This document shows positions 27,159 to 38,451 of a DNA stretch of 64,000 bases, piece after piece (within the stretch, counting starts at the first letter, position 1; each line of letters opens with the position of its first letter). The DNA is taken from assembly GCF_030013595.1 (NCBI RefSeq), contig NZ_CP122768.1. One strand, written 5' to 3'. Below the pieces are notes generated by a model. It saw only the letters and a list, made by a program, of their open reading frames with translations. It ran no database searches and was not told the DNA's origin. A program made the translations under genes and the position numbers. Source of the DNA: Escherichia coli (lineage in GTDB: Bacteria > Pseudomonadota > Gammaproteobacteria > Enterobacterales > Enterobacteriaceae).

Positions 27159-27187
27159 AGCCCTGGTAACTGCCAGGGCTTTTTTAT
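27159..27187 (+). terminator. rne intrinsic terminator
   Basis: agccctggtaactgccagggct hairpin followed by TTTTTTATTT. Confidence 0.75.
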
Positions 27188-27261
27188 TTCATCTTTAAAT
27201 CAACATATTAAAATTCATCAAATGGCATCCTTGCTAACCAACAATACAAAATAGGCAAAAA

Positions 27262-27298
27262 AATGCCCGCCCCGGCGATCCCAGAGCGGGCAGACAAA
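27262..27298 (-). terminator. Probable intrinsic terminator of the flgKL transcript
   Basis: GC-rich inverted repeat (gcccgc...gcgggc) followed by a T-run on the minus strand downstream of the flgL stop. Confidence 0.45.
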
Positions 27299-27333
27299 AC
27301 ATACCCAGTTTCATGATATGTTTTAAAGCGAGC

Positions 27334-28287
27334 TTATTTGTTGAGCTGGAACAGCGACAATCCCTGCATATCGGTAAATGCTTTATACGATGCCTGCAAT
27401 GCCGTTTGCTGCATGATGTAAGATGAAATAGTTGCATTCCAGTCCACATCAACCAGATCGCTCATCTGCTGCGTTTGCCCTAAAGCGCGATCGCTACCTA
27501 ATGAATCCAGCGACTCCAGTTCGTTCAGCTGCGTGCCTAATTCCGCGCGAATAGTCAGCACATTGTTCAGCGAGTTTTTCAGTCCGCGGTTGGTTTTATC
27601 CAGTGCCGCAGCGGCGGTTTCTTTATCCGCTTCGCTATCCGCGACCGGCGTTTTCAGGGCTGCGATGGCGCTATCCAGCATGGCAAAAAGATTGGTTTCA
27701 GAAGCGCTACCGTCTGGTTCCGCTACCGCGTTGCTGGTAATACTGTCGAAAATTTTGTCACCCGTGTGCCCTATCACCATCGAACGCGAAGCATCGACCT
27801 GTTGTTTAATACTTTCTGCTCCGCCAACATATTCGCCGTCTGCCTCACTAAACGGCGCAGTTTCTGTTTTATAACCGGCAAAAATGTAGCGCCCGTTACC
27901 GTCAGTGGTGTTCGCCAGATTCAGCAACTGGTCACGAAGCCCCTGAATATCCGTAGCCAGCGAGGCCCGGTCATCGTCACTCAAGGTGCCATTGCTGGCG
28001 TAGACAATTTTTTCCTGAGCATTCTGGATAGCGGTGGTGACCTGGCTAAGTACACTCTCTTCCAGTGACACTTTTTGAGTGGCGAAAGTACGCGCCAGCG
28101 TGTACTGGCTGTTTTGCGCCTGTGCCTGGGAGAGAACAACAGCTTGTGATGCAGCAATGGGATCATCTGAAGGGTTAACGACTCGCTTACCCGTCGACAT
28201 CTGTTCACCGTACTTCATCCATTCTGCCTGAGAATTGGTGATGCCGCGCATGTTTTGCTGGTACATCATCTGGGTACTGAAACGCAT
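27334..28287 (-). CDS. flgL: Flagellar hook-associated protein 3 (hook-filament junction)
   Basis: ORF 27334..28287 (-), 317 aa; flagellin-like N- and C-terminal helical segments. Confidence 0.95.
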   Translation of the reverse strand: MRFSTQMMYQQNMRGITNSQAEWMKYGEQMSTGKRVVNPSDDPIAASQAVVLSQAQAQNSQYTLARTFATQKVSLEESVLSQVTTAIQNAQEKIVYASNGTLSDDDRASLATDIQGLRDQLLNLANTTDGNGRYIFAGYKTETAPFSEADGEYVGGAESIKQQVDASRSMVIGHTGDKIFDSITSNAVAEPDGSASETNLFAMLDSAIAALKTPVADSEADKETAAAALDKTNRGLKNSLNNVLTIRAELGTQLNELESLDSLGSDRALGQTQQMSDLVDVDWNATISSYIMQQTALQASYKAFTDMQGLSLFQLNK

Positions 28288-28298
28288 TTTATCTCCCC

Positions 28299-29942
28299 TT
28301 AGCGAATGTTAATCAGCGCATCAAAAATCGCGTTTGCCGTCTGCAGAACCTGCGCATTCGCGAGGTAATACTGCTGAAAACGTTGCAGATTTCCGTACTC
28401 CTCATCGAGATTGACACCGGAAATCGACTGCTGCTGATTGGAAAGCTGCGTCACCACATTACCTTGCGTGGTGCTACTGGTTTTCAACGTCGCGGTTTTA
28501 TTACCGATATCACTCACTAACGAGGCATAAGCGTCGTTAAAGGATTTCGCACCACCCACCGTTTTACTGTTGCTTTGCAGATCCAGCAGGGCCTGACCGT
28601 TGCGGTTGTCGCTATCACCCGCATCTTCTGCGCTCGCCATGGCGATTTTCGCTTCGTCGGTGATTAATACATCCATGTTGACGATGGCGTCACTTACCGG
28701 TTTCAGCGTGAAGCTGTCGTTAACGGCAGGCGTTCCTGTAAACGTCAACTCCAGACCATCAAATGCCACTTTACCGTTGGCATCCGGCGTCACCGTAAAA
28801 GTGGTATTGCTGGCAAGGCGGGTGACCTGCCACTGATTATTATCGAACGAGATTTTGTAATCTGTCGCCAGTACCGCGGAGGCATCAGTTACCGTTGCAC
28901 CGATCGCAACGTCACCATTGTTTTTCGTGTTTTGCAGTACCGCGGGCTTACCGATAGCAAAGAAATCTTCACCGGCATCGCCGTTAGCATCAAATCCGGC
29001 TTTGTGTTGGGTGTTGAAAGCCTCGGCAAATGCCAGCGCCAGTTGTCCAAGCGTATTACGCGTCTGGTCCAGATCCTGAGAACGGAATGTCAGAATGCCA
29101 CCCAGCGACCCGGTATTCAGTAATTTTTCAGGGATCTCAATATTGCCTGCCGTCCCATCAACATAAGCGACAGTCGTACGAGAAGGGTCGGCGCTGGAAG
29201 GAACTGCCGCAAGTTGCCGCGCCGTACTTCCCTGAACCAGTGAGTAGCCATTGGCCATCGTGATATTATAAGTGCCACCATCCTGAACGCTGACTTCTAC
29301 GCCAACAATCTGGTTTAATTCGCTCACCAGTTGATCGCGTTGATCCAGCAGATTGTTAGGTGACGCCCCTGCCCCCACGCCTGTCAGGCGGGAGATTTGA
29401 TCGTTCAGGCTGGCGATTTGTTTAGCGTAATTGTTGATCTGATCAACGCTGGCACCTATCGCGATATTGACCTGTTTGTCCTGGTCGCGCAGATATTGAT
29501 CGGTGGTTTTAAACTGATTCACCAACCCTTCTGATTTCCCAATCAGCGCCTGGCGCGCTGCCGGGTCTTCCGCGTTACTCACCAGCGTTTGCAGGCTGGT
29601 GAAGAAATCCTGCATCTGTGTTGCCAGCGAAGAGGTACTGGTGGAGAGCATATTGTCGATTTTCGACATCTGCTCATAGCGGGCAGTCAGGCCGCTACTT
29701 TGCGTCTGCGCCGCACGTAACTGGTTGGTAATAAACGCATCATACTCACGCTGCACACCAGAAACGTAGACGCCATTGCCAACCCAGCCGCCAGCGCCCA
29801 ACGTGCTATTGGCCTGCGTCATAATAGTGGTTTGGCGGGTATATCCGGCAACGTTATAGCTGGAGATATTATTACTTGCCGTATTTAACGCCGCCTGGGC
29901 CGCGTTCAGTCCGCTCATGGCGTTATTGATCAAGCTGGACAT
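28299..29942 (-). CDS. flgK: Flagellar hook-associated protein 1
   Basis: ORF 28299..29942 (-), 547 aa; MSSLINNAMSGLNAAQAALNTASNNISSYNVAGYTRQ N-terminus. Confidence 0.95.
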   Translation of the reverse strand: MSSLINNAMSGLNAAQAALNTASNNISSYNVAGYTRQTTIMTQANSTLGAGGWVGNGVYVSGVQREYDAFITNQLRAAQTQSSGLTARYEQMSKIDNMLSTSTSSLATQMQDFFTSLQTLVSNAEDPAARQALIGKSEGLVNQFKTTDQYLRDQDKQVNIAIGASVDQINNYAKQIASLNDQISRLTGVGAGASPNNLLDQRDQLVSELNQIVGVEVSVQDGGTYNITMANGYSLVQGSTARQLAAVPSSADPSRTTVAYVDGTAGNIEIPEKLLNTGSLGGILTFRSQDLDQTRNTLGQLALAFAEAFNTQHKAGFDANGDAGEDFFAIGKPAVLQNTKNNGDVAIGATVTDASAVLATDYKISFDNNQWQVTRLASNTTFTVTPDANGKVAFDGLELTFTGTPAVNDSFTLKPVSDAIVNMDVLITDEAKIAMASAEDAGDSDNRNGQALLDLQSNSKTVGGAKSFNDAYASLVSDIGNKTATLKTSSTTQGNVVTQLSNQQQSISGVNLDEEYGNLQRFQQYYLANAQVLQTANAIFDALINIR

Positions 29943-29975
29943 GGAGGTTCCTTATAAGCCTTCAATTACAGAGTA

Positions 29976-30002
29976 TTATCGGCAGCGACCCGCCGGACTT
30001 GA
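29976..30002 (-). promoter_or_regulatory. Sigma28 (FliA) class-3 promoter for flgKL
   Basis: Minus strand reads TCAAGTCC-N11-GCCGATAA, matching the TAAAGTTT-N11-GCCGATAA consensus, in the flgJ-flgK intergenic gap. Confidence 0.6.
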
Positions 30003-30007
30003 GTTAT

Positions 30008-30949
30008 TCAGAACAGATTATCAATGTTCATGCTGTAGGTTTTGCTCACCTTGTCGCTTATCGATTTCATCTGCTGAATCATGTTGGTGAGTTTGCGGGC
30101 ATAGTGAGGATCGGTGGCATAGCCCGCGTCCTGTAGGGCCTGCGCCCCCTGCTCCGCACTCGCGGCGGTCGTCACGGCGGCGTAGCGCGGGTTACGCGTT
30201 AACAGCCCAACGTAATCCGACAATGCTTCCAGATACGAGCTGTAGACCCGAAACTTCGCTTTTACTTTCTTCGCTTCGCCATTTTCATATTCAGTCGTGG
30301 TGATTTCAGTGACTGGCCCTTTCCAGTTGCCAGAGGCTTTGACGCCAAACAGGTTATAGCTCGGCTCGCCGTTTTCACGGCGGATTTGCCGTTGTCCCCA
30401 GCCAGACTCCAGCGCCGCCTGAGCGAGGATCAAATGATGTGGCACACCGCTTTGCTGGCTTGCCAGTTGGGCGGGCAACGAGAGTTGCGCGAGGAATGCT
30501 TTACTGTCACCCGGCAGCGAATCATCGTAGTTACGTGGTACGGCCTTTTGCACCAGCTGCGAAAGCGTCTGATTTTGATAACGCACCACGGTTTCGAGCG
30601 GGAATTTCATCGGTGCTGCTGGCGTGGACTCCTCTGGCAATGGTTGTTCTGGCGTCATCTGTTTAACCATCATCTCTGCCAGCCCCAGACCTTTGCCCGC
30701 CGTCATCTGTTGGGCAATCTGCTGGTCATACATACTGGTATACAGGCGAGTGTGCTCGCTGCTGAACAGGCCATCTTTTGGTAAAGCGTCGCGCATGCTT
30801 TTCAACATCATCTGCACGAACATCCCTTCCACCTGGCGGGCCACCGGACGGATATTTGCCGCCGGATCTTCGCCCGCTTTCGCCTTAAGTTCGTTGAGCG
30901 ATTGTGCATCCCAGGCCGCACTTGCCAGTAGTTTGCTGTCGCTGATCAT
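30008..30949 (-). CDS. flgJ: Flagellar rod-assembly protein / peptidoglycan hydrolase (muramidase)
   Basis: ORF 30008..30979 (-); start trimmed to [16 protein letters not shown]... (313 aa); start overlaps flgI stop. Confidence 0.9.
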   Translation of the reverse strand: MISDSKLLASAAWDAQSLNELKAKAGEDPAANIRPVARQVEGMFVQMMLKSMRDALPKDGLFSSEHTRLYTSMYDQQIAQQMTAGKGLGLAEMMVKQMTPEQPLPEESTPAAPMKFPLETVVRYQNQTLSQLVQKAVPRNYDDSLPGDSKAFLAQLSLPAQLASQQSGVPHHLILAQAALESGWGQRQIRRENGEPSYNLFGVKASGNWKGPVTEITTTEYENGEAKKVKAKFRVYSSYLEALSDYVGLLTRNPRYAAVTTAASAEQGAQALQDAGYATDPHYARKLTNMIQQMKSISDKVSKTYSMNIDNLF

Positions 30950-32046
30950 CAGATGATTTCCAGTTTTGCCCGCAGACATCCCGCACTTTGCATTGATTGC
31001 AGTATGGACATCAGATCCATCGGCGTAGCGCCCAGCGCATTGAGCGCACGCACCACGTTATTGAGGCTGGCGCTGGAACGTACGCTTTGCAGCGAACCGC
31101 CGCTCTGGCGTAAATCGATCTGCGTTTGTGGAGTAACCACAGTCTGCCCACCACCAAACGGTGTATCTGGCTGGCTGACATTGGCCTGGCGATTAACTGT
31201 TACTGAGAGATTCCCCTGCGCTACCGCGCAGCTGTCGAGGGTCACTTCGCGATTCATCACCACCGAACCAGTGCGCGAGTTAATCACTACTTTAGCGTCC
31301 TGCGGGGTGACATTAACCTGCATATTCTGGATATCGGCAAGGAAACGGACCTGGGAACTGTTGCCACTCGGTACGCGCACCTGAATAGTCCGCGCATCTA
31401 ACGCGGTGGCGCTGCCATATCCACGCACACGGTTGATGGTGTCAGCGATTTGCTGCGCCATACTGAAATCTTCGTCGTTAAGTTGCAAATTAAGGGTATT
31501 CCCGACGCCAAACTGGCTGGGCAATTCACGTTCAATAACCGCACCATTGGTGATCCGTCCACCGTTCAGTTGGTTCACCTGAACACTGCTACCGCCAGCG
31601 GAGGCCCCTGCGCCGCCAACCAGAATATTGCCCTGCGCCAGCGCATACACCTGACTGTCAACGCCCTTAAGCGGTGTCATCAATAACGTACCGCCACGCA
31701 GACTTTTGGCATTTCCCATGGAAGAAACCACCACGTCAATGGTTTGCCCCTGACGTCCAAACGGTGGAAGTGACGCTGTCACCATAACCGCAGCGACGTT
31801 TTTTAGCTGCATATTAGTGCCCGTCGGAACGGTAATTCCCAGCTGTGAGAGCATGTTATTAAGCGTTTGTGTGGTAAACGGCGTCTGAGTTGTCTGGTCA
31901 CCTGTACCATCAAGCCCCACCACCAGGCCATAGCCAATCAGTGAGTTTTGCCTTACCCCCTGAACACTGGTGAGATCGCGAATACGCTCAGCCTGAGCAG
32001 CCGTCGTAACCAGTAGAAGAATTAATGCAGAGAGAAATTTAATCAC
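30949..32046 (-). CDS. flgI: Flagellar P-ring protein
   Basis: ORF 30949..32049 (-); two consecutive GTG codons at the start, second chosen ([19 protein letters not shown]..., 365 aa); signal peptide. Confidence 0.93.
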
Positions 32047-32057
32047 CACAGCCTCAC

Positions 32058-32756
32058 TTACATTGGCGACAGGTTGAGGAAGAAACGCTGCAACCAGCCC
32101 ATATTTTGCGCTTCGTTAATGTAGCCATTGCCTACGTATTCAATGCGCGCATCCGCCACCTGAGTAGACGGTACGGTATTGCTGCCGCTGATAGTGCGTG
32201 GATTAACTACACCAGAGAAGCGAATAAATTCGGTACCCTGATTAATGGCGATCTGTTTTTCACCCACCACATGCAGGTTGCCGTTGACCAGTACCTGGTC
32301 AACCGTCACCGTCAACGTGCCGCTAAAGGTATTGCTGGCATTGGCCCCGCCCTTTCCGTTGAACGTGTTACCACCGGAGGCTTCGACATCGGCACGAGCG
32401 TTACCAAACAGCCCCTGCAAATAGCGCGGCACAGTATCAAAGCCAAAATTAGTTTTACCGTCACGGCTGGCATTCGCAGAGGAGCTTTTGCTGGCGCTGA
32501 CGTTCTCCTGCAACACGATGGTCAGCGTATCGCCAATATTGCGTGGTCGACGATCTTCAAACAACGGTTGATAGCCATAGTTAATCGGCTGAGCAGACTG
32601 GAAAATAGAACCGTTGGCGACGGGCGTCGGACCGGGAACCGGTTGTGCACTGGTCGCCCCCTGTACCAGCGGCGTGGAGGGTATCCAGGCGCAGCCGGTT
32701 AGTGAAAGCACCAACAAGCTGGAAATGGCATAAGTATGCGCAGCGTTTTTTTGCAT
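32058..32756 (-). CDS. flgH: Flagellar L-ring lipoprotein
   Basis: ORF 32058..32771 (-); start trimmed to [22 protein letters not shown] (lipobox), 232 aa. Confidence 0.93.
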
Positions 32757-32808
32757 GGCTATCATCTTCAAAAATCAGTAAACCGGTGAATCTGCCACCG
32801 GTTATGCC

Positions 32809-33609
<801 letters not shown>

Positions 33610-33727
33610 TTAGTGACAAGCAGAGCAGAAGCACGCGACGGTGCGAATTTCCCCTCACCCTAACCTCTCCCAAAATGGGCGAGAGAATAGTCCGCGCGCT
33701 TTTATTGCAATGTCATCAATCGTTTAA

Positions 33728-34483
33728 TTAACTCATCGACAGCAGTTGGTTGGCACGGCCTGCGTTATCATCGACGCTGCTGATCACCTTCATCTGCATT
33801 TCAAAACGCCGCGCGCTGGCAATCATGTCGCTCATTGCCGCAACGGCATTGACGTTACTGCCTTCCAGAACACCCGACATCACACGCAAGGTTGGATCTG
33901 CCTGCAGTACCGGCCCACGCGTGGTCTGGGTTTCTGCGCTTAAACGAAAAATGCCGTCGTCACCGCGCTGCACTTCGCTGCCCGTGGCTTTCACCAGTTT
34001 CAGACGCCCCACTGGCGCAACCGTATTTACCGGATCGCCCGGATTCAGCGCCGAGATTGTGCCATCGGCAGCAATAGTGATTTCCGCCCCTTCCGGCACA
34101 GCAATTGGCCCCGCCTCGCCTATCACCGGATGCCCCTGAATTGTCAGTTGCCCGGTGGGATCAACCTGAATGCTGCCATTACGCGTATACCCTTCGCTGC
34201 CGTCAGCGGTCTGCACGGCCAGCCAGCCATCCTGCTGCAACGCAACGTCCATCGGGCGCGAGGTGTAATCCATCTTGCCGGGCGTCATGTCTGCACCCGG
34301 CGTTGACGCCGTTACCAGCGTGCGCGTGGGCAGTGAAAGCCCTTCCACCGGCACTGCGCGCAAGGCGTTTAACTGCGCGCGAAAACCGGGCGTAGAGGCA
34401 TTGGCCAGATTACTGGCGGTTACCGCCTGTTGATTCAGCGTCTGGCTGGCTGCTCCCATCGCAGTATAAATTGCGTGATCCAT
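33728..34483 (-). CDS. flgF: Flagellar proximal rod protein
   Basis: ORF 33728..34483 (-), 251 aa; rod-protein N-terminal motif. Confidence 0.95.
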   Translation of the reverse strand: MDHAIYTAMGAASQTLNQQAVTASNLANASTPGFRAQLNALRAVPVEGLSLPTRTLVTASTPGADMTPGKMDYTSRPMDVALQQDGWLAVQTADGSEGYTRNGSIQVDPTGQLTIQGHPVIGEAGPIAVPEGAEITIAADGTISALNPGDPVNTVAPVGRLKLVKATGSEVQRGDDGIFRLSAETQTTRGPVLQADPTLRVMSGVLEGSNVNAVAAMSDMIASARRFEMQMKVISSVDDNAGRANQLLSMS

Positions 34484-34502
34484 TGAGCTATCCCGTCAGC
34501 GA

Positions 34503-35708
34503 TTAGCGTAAGTTAACTAGCGTGTTGAGGATCTGGTCCTGGGTTTTGATGGTCTGGGCGTTAGACTGATAGTTACGCTGGGCAACGATCATATTGACCA
34601 GTTCTTTACTGAGATCGACGTTGGACGCTTCCAGCGCACCGTTGGTCAGGGTGCCAAAGTTGCCCGTCCCGGCTGTCCCCAACAGCGCCACGCCAGAAGA
34701 TTGCGTCGCAGACCAGACGTTGTCGCCTTCGGATGCCAGACCTTCGTTGTTGGCAAAGTTCGCCAGTACAATCTGCCCCAGCAGTTGGGTTTGTTCGTTG
34801 GAATAGTTGCCGACAACCGTACCGTCATCATTGATTTGATAACTCACCAGATCGCCCGGTTTGTAGCCGTTCTGGGTGGTTGCCACAATGTTGTTAGCAC
34901 CGGTATTTTGCTGCATGGAGTTGAGGAAACTCAGGCTAAACGTGGCGGGATCTGCGCCGTTAATTGCGCCAGTGGAAATATTCGCTGTTGGATCTGAGGT
35001 CAGAACGCCATTGGCATTAAACACCAGTGTTGTCGCTGTCTTCGCAATGCTGTTTGGATCACTACTATCCTGGGTGTAGACCTGCCAGTTATTATCCCCG
35101 GTCTTCACAAAGTAGACGCTCATGTCATGAGCATTACCCTGACTATCGAAAACAGTCACCGAACCTTTTTTGTTATAGCTATCCGCATTGCTGGCATCAA
35201 ATGCGTTAACAGAGGGAAGCGGATCACTGGAATTCAGGTTGATCTGCATCGACGCCGTGGTGGTAGTTTTCGCTGCCATCAGGGTATTCGGAATCGAAAT
35301 ATTGGTCGGATTCGCCCCTTGCTGAATAGTCGGCGGCGTACCGGTTGCCGGGTAACCCGTCAGCTGTAAACCTTGCATATTCACCAGGTTACGGTTTTCA
35401 TCCAGCTTAAATTGTCCGTTACGGCTGTAGAACACCGAACCGTTGCTGTCTACCAGACGGAAAAAACCGTTCTGGCTGATAGCAACGTCCAGACCACGCC
35501 CGGTGTTGGTAGTCGTGCCATCGGTAAAGTCCTGAGTGATACCGGCAACTTTTACCCCCAGTCCCACTTTCGAACCGGCAAACATATCGGCAAAAGAGGC
35601 CGTGCCTGATTTAAAGCCGTAGGTGGCGGAGTTGGCGATATTGTTGCCAATAACATCGAGGTTGGTGGCGGCAGCGTTTAATCCGCTAACCGCTTGAGAA
35701 AAGGCCAT
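34503..35708 (-). CDS. flgE: Flagellar hook protein
   Basis: ORF 34503..35708 (-), 401 aa; MAFSQAVSGLNAAATNLDVIGNNIANSATYGFK. Confidence 0.95.
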   Translation of the reverse strand: MAFSQAVSGLNAAATNLDVIGNNIANSATYGFKSGTASFADMFAGSKVGLGVKVAGITQDFTDGTTTNTGRGLDVAISQNGFFRLVDSNGSVFYSRNGQFKLDENRNLVNMQGLQLTGYPATGTPPTIQQGANPTNISIPNTLMAAKTTTTASMQINLNSSDPLPSVNAFDASNADSYNKKGSVTVFDSQGNAHDMSVYFVKTGDNNWQVYTQDSSDPNSIAKTATTLVFNANGVLTSDPTANISTGAINGADPATFSLSFLNSMQQNTGANNIVATTQNGYKPGDLVSYQINDDGTVVGNYSNEQTQLLGQIVLANFANNEGLASEGDNVWSATQSSGVALLGTAGTGNFGTLTNGALEASNVDLSKELVNMIVAQRNYQSNAQTIKTQDQILNTLVNLR

Positions 35709-35732
35709 GACTGACTCCTGAAATGTGAAGGC

Positions 35733-36428
35733 TTAAATTATCTGCCGTACTTCGTCGAGGGTGGTGGTGCCGTAAGTGCCGAGATCCAGCGTATTACCGT
35801 TGTTGCCGCGGATCACACCCTGCACCAGAGCAAACTGCAGCGGCTGGGCAACCAGTTGTGTACCACCGTTACTGGCGCTAATCGCTACGTTGTAAGAACC
35901 GTTCGGCGCAGTGCTGCCGTCAGTCAACGTACCGTCCCAGGTGAAACTGTGGACTCCGGCAGTCAGTTCACCGATATCAATGGTACGGACAACCGCACCG
36001 TTTTTATCGGTGATGGTGGCCGTAACTTTGTCTGCCGCCTGTTGCAGCTCAACACCAAACGGCGTGGTCGTGGTCACAGCCCCTTCTTCACTGCCGGTTC
36101 CCGCAAGAACAGTGGTGCCGGGGATCATCACGCCGTGACCGATCAGGTTACTGGCCTGTAACGACTGGCTGTTATCAATCTGTCCGGAAATAGATCCGAG
36201 CGTGGTATTGAGTTTTTCAATCCCGCTGACCGTGCTGATTTGAGCCAATTGCGACGTCAGCTCGTTGTTTTCCATTGGATTGGTCGGGTCCTGGTTTTTC
36301 AGCTGCGCCACCAGCAAAGTCAGAAAACTGCTTTGTAAATCTGCGGCGTTGCTGCCCGTGAGCGAACTACTACTGGTGGTGCTGACGCCGGTATTTGTCG
36401 GATCGGTGGTGGTTACCGCAATGGACAT
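35733..36428 (-). CDS. flgD: Flagellar hook capping (scaffold) protein
   Basis: ORF 35733..36428 (-), 231 aa; Ser/Thr-rich N-terminus. Confidence 0.95.
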   Translation of the reverse strand: MSIAVTTTDPTNTGVSTTSSSSLTGSNAADLQSSFLTLLVAQLKNQDPTNPMENNELTSQLAQISTVSGIEKLNTTLGSISGQIDNSQSLQASNLIGHGVMIPGTTVLAGTGSEEGAVTTTTPFGVELQQAADKVTATITDKNGAVVRTIDIGELTAGVHSFTWDGTLTDGSTAPNGSYNVAISASNGGTQLVAQPLQFALVQGVIRGNNGNTLDLGTYGTTTLDEVRQII

Positions 36429-36439
36429 AGTTTTCTCCT

Positions 36440-36844
36440 TTATTGACCGAGCGTAAGGGTTTTCAGCATCATGCTTTTCACCGTGTTGAGCACTTCAACA
36501 TTGGCCTGATAGCTGCGTGACGCCGACATGGTGTTAACCATCTCTCCGACGACATCAACGTTTGGCATTTTCACGTAGCCCTTTGCATCCGCCAGCGGAT
36601 TACCCGGTTCATAAACCAGTTTGTCCGAGGCCTGACTTTCTATAACATCAGCAACCTTTACGCCGCCTGTCGCAGCACCTGGTGCAGCGTTAACCTGGAA
36701 TACCACCTGTTTTGCCCGATATGGCTGTCCATCGGGACCGGTCACGCTATCAGCATTCGCCAGATTACTGGCCGCCACGTTCAGGCGCTGGGACTGGGCA
36801 GTTAACGCCGACCCGGCGATATCAAAAATATTCAGCAGTGCCAT
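36440..36844 (-). CDS. flgC: Flagellar proximal rod protein FlgC
   Basis: ORF 36440..36844 (-), 134 aa; [33 protein letters not shown]. Confidence 0.95.
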   Translation of the reverse strand: MALLNIFDIAGSALTAQSQRLNVAASNLANADSVTGPDGQPYRAKQVVFQVNAAPGAATGGVKVADVIESQASDKLVYEPGNPLADAKGYVKMPNVDVVGEMVNTMSASRSYQANVEVLNTVKSMMLKTLTLGQ

Positions 36845-36847
36845 CCG

Positions 36848-37264
36848 TTAATTTCCGCTCTGTAAAACGTTCATCATGCCTTTGATTTGCCCGCTCAACG
36901 CGCTAAGGCTCATCTGGTATTGCAGGCTGTTATCGGCAAACTGGGTGCGTTCGCGATCCATATCGACGGTATTACCGTCAAGCGAAGGCTGGTCCGGAAT
37001 ACGGTATTGCAGTTCTGCGGTAGGAGGCGTCAACGCCTGCGCCGGAATGTGTTGCGTTGAGGTCATCGTCAGTGCAACCACACTGGTTGCATCCCGTCCA
37101 CGTTGCATGACTTTTTTAAGTTCACTGGCAAAATCGATATCGCGCGCCTGATAACCAGGGGTATCGGCATTGGCGATGTTTGCTGCCAGCACTTCCTGAC
37201 GCTGGGCGCGCAGATTGAGCGCCTCTTGTTGAAAACGTAAGGCGGCGTCGAGCTTATCGAGCAT
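36848..37264 (-). CDS. flgB: Flagellar proximal rod protein FlgB
   Basis: ORF 36848..37264 (-), 138 aa; first gene of the flgBCDEFGHIJ operon. Confidence 0.95.
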
Positions 37265-37418
37265 ATCTCCTCCGCAGGTATCAAAATTCTGCCATCAGCT
37301 TAAATGCCTTTACGCGCGCGTTATCGGCGGAATAAACGCAAAATGGGTCGCTATTTATGCCGTTGATGGTCATTGCGGACAGGTACAATTCACGTTGTAG
37401 AAATGGCAGGGGGCGAAA
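37265..37418. promoter_or_regulatory. Divergent flgA / flgB class-2 flagellar promoter region
   Basis: 154-bp gap between divergent flgB (-) and flgA (+); in E. coli these are FlhD4C2-dependent class-2 promoters. Binding sites not resolved by eye. Confidence 0.5.
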
Positions 37419-38078
37419 ATGCTGGCAATAAAACGTAGCGTGGCGATCATCGCGATACTGTTCAGTCCGTTAAGTGCGGCGAGCAATCTCACATCGCAAT
37501 TGCACACCTTTTTTAGCGCCCAGCTCGCGGGGGTAAGTGATGAGGTTCGTGTTTCTATTCGTACAGCGCCCAATCTACTACCGCCGTGCGAGCAGCCATT
37601 GCTTTCGATGAGCAATAATTCCCGCCTGTGGGGCAATGTGAATGTGTTGGCACGCTGCGGTAACGACAAACGATATTTACAGGTTAATGTGCAGGCCACA
37701 GGAAATTATGTGGTTGCCGCAATGCCCATTGTGCGGGGAGGAAAGCTGGAAGCTGGCAATGTCAAACTGAAACGCGGACGGCTGGATACCCTGCCACCGC
37801 GTACGGTGCTGGATATCAATCAACTTGTTGATGCCATTAGCCTGCGCGATCTATCACCCGATCAACCTATCCAGTTAACCCAGTTTCGCCAGGCATGGCG
37901 GGTAAAAGCGGGACAACGCGTCAATGTGATCGCCAGCGGTGATGGGTTTAGCGCCAACGCTGAAGGTCAGGCGCTGAACAATGCAGCCGTCGCACAGAAT
38001 GCGCGGGTGCGCATGGTATCTGGACAGGTAGTCAGCGGCGTTGTTGATGCAGATGGGAATATTCTTATAAACCTGTAA
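37419..38078 (+). CDS. flgA: Flagellar P-ring assembly chaperone
   Basis: ORF 37419..38078 (+), 219 aa; signal peptide. Confidence 0.93.
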   Translation: MLAIKRSVAIIAILFSPLSAASNLTSQLHTFFSAQLAGVSDEVRVSIRTAPNLLPPCEQPLLSMSNNSRLWGNVNVLARCGNDKRYLQVNVQATGNYVVAAMPIVRGGKLEAGNVKLKRGRLDTLPPRTVLDINQLVDAISLRDLSPDQPIQLTQFRQAWRVKAGQRVNVIASGDGFSANAEGQALNNAAVAQNARVRMVSGQVVSGVVDADGNILINL

Positions 38079-38083
38079 GCTGT

Positions 38084-38110
38084 TAAAGATTACCCGTCCC
38101 TTGCCGATAA
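38084..38110 (+). promoter_or_regulatory. Sigma28 (FliA) class-3 promoter for flgMN
   Basis: TAAAGATT-N11-GCCGATAA, near-perfect match to the sigma28 consensus, about 45 nt upstream of the flgM start. Confidence 0.7.
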
Positions 38111-38153
38111 ATAAGCAACATATGATAAAAGCGCCCTCAATGAGGAATAAACC

Positions 38154-38447
38154 ATGAGTATTGATCGCACTTCGCCTCTGAAGCCCGTAAGCACCGTTCA
38201 ACCGCGCGAAACCACTGACGCGCCGGTAACGAACACCCGGGCGGCAAAAACAACCGCCTCCACCAGCACCAGTGTGACGTTAAGCGACGCGCAAGCAAAA
38301 CTGATGCAACCCGGCAGCAGTGATATCAATCTTGAACGTGTCGAAGCGTTAAAACTGGCGATTCGTAACGGTGAACTAAAAATGGACACCGGCAAAATTG
38401 CCGATGCGCTGATCAACGAAGCGCAGCAAGACTTGCAGAGTAACTGA
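38154..38447 (+). CDS. flgM: Anti-sigma28 factor
   Basis: ORF 38154..38447 (+), 97 aa; [25 protein letters not shown]... Confidence 0.95.
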   Translation: MSIDRTSPLKPVSTVQPRETTDAPVTNTRAAKTTASTSTSVTLSDAQAKLMQPGSSDINLERVEALKLAIRNGELKMDTGKIADALINEAQQDLQSN

Positions 38448-38451
38448 TCGT

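Noticed and set aside
27234-27452. 72-aa minus-strand ORF overlapping the flgL 3' end and its terminator.
   Set aside because: It overlaps the flgL coding end and terminator hairpin, and has no RBS or recognisable features.
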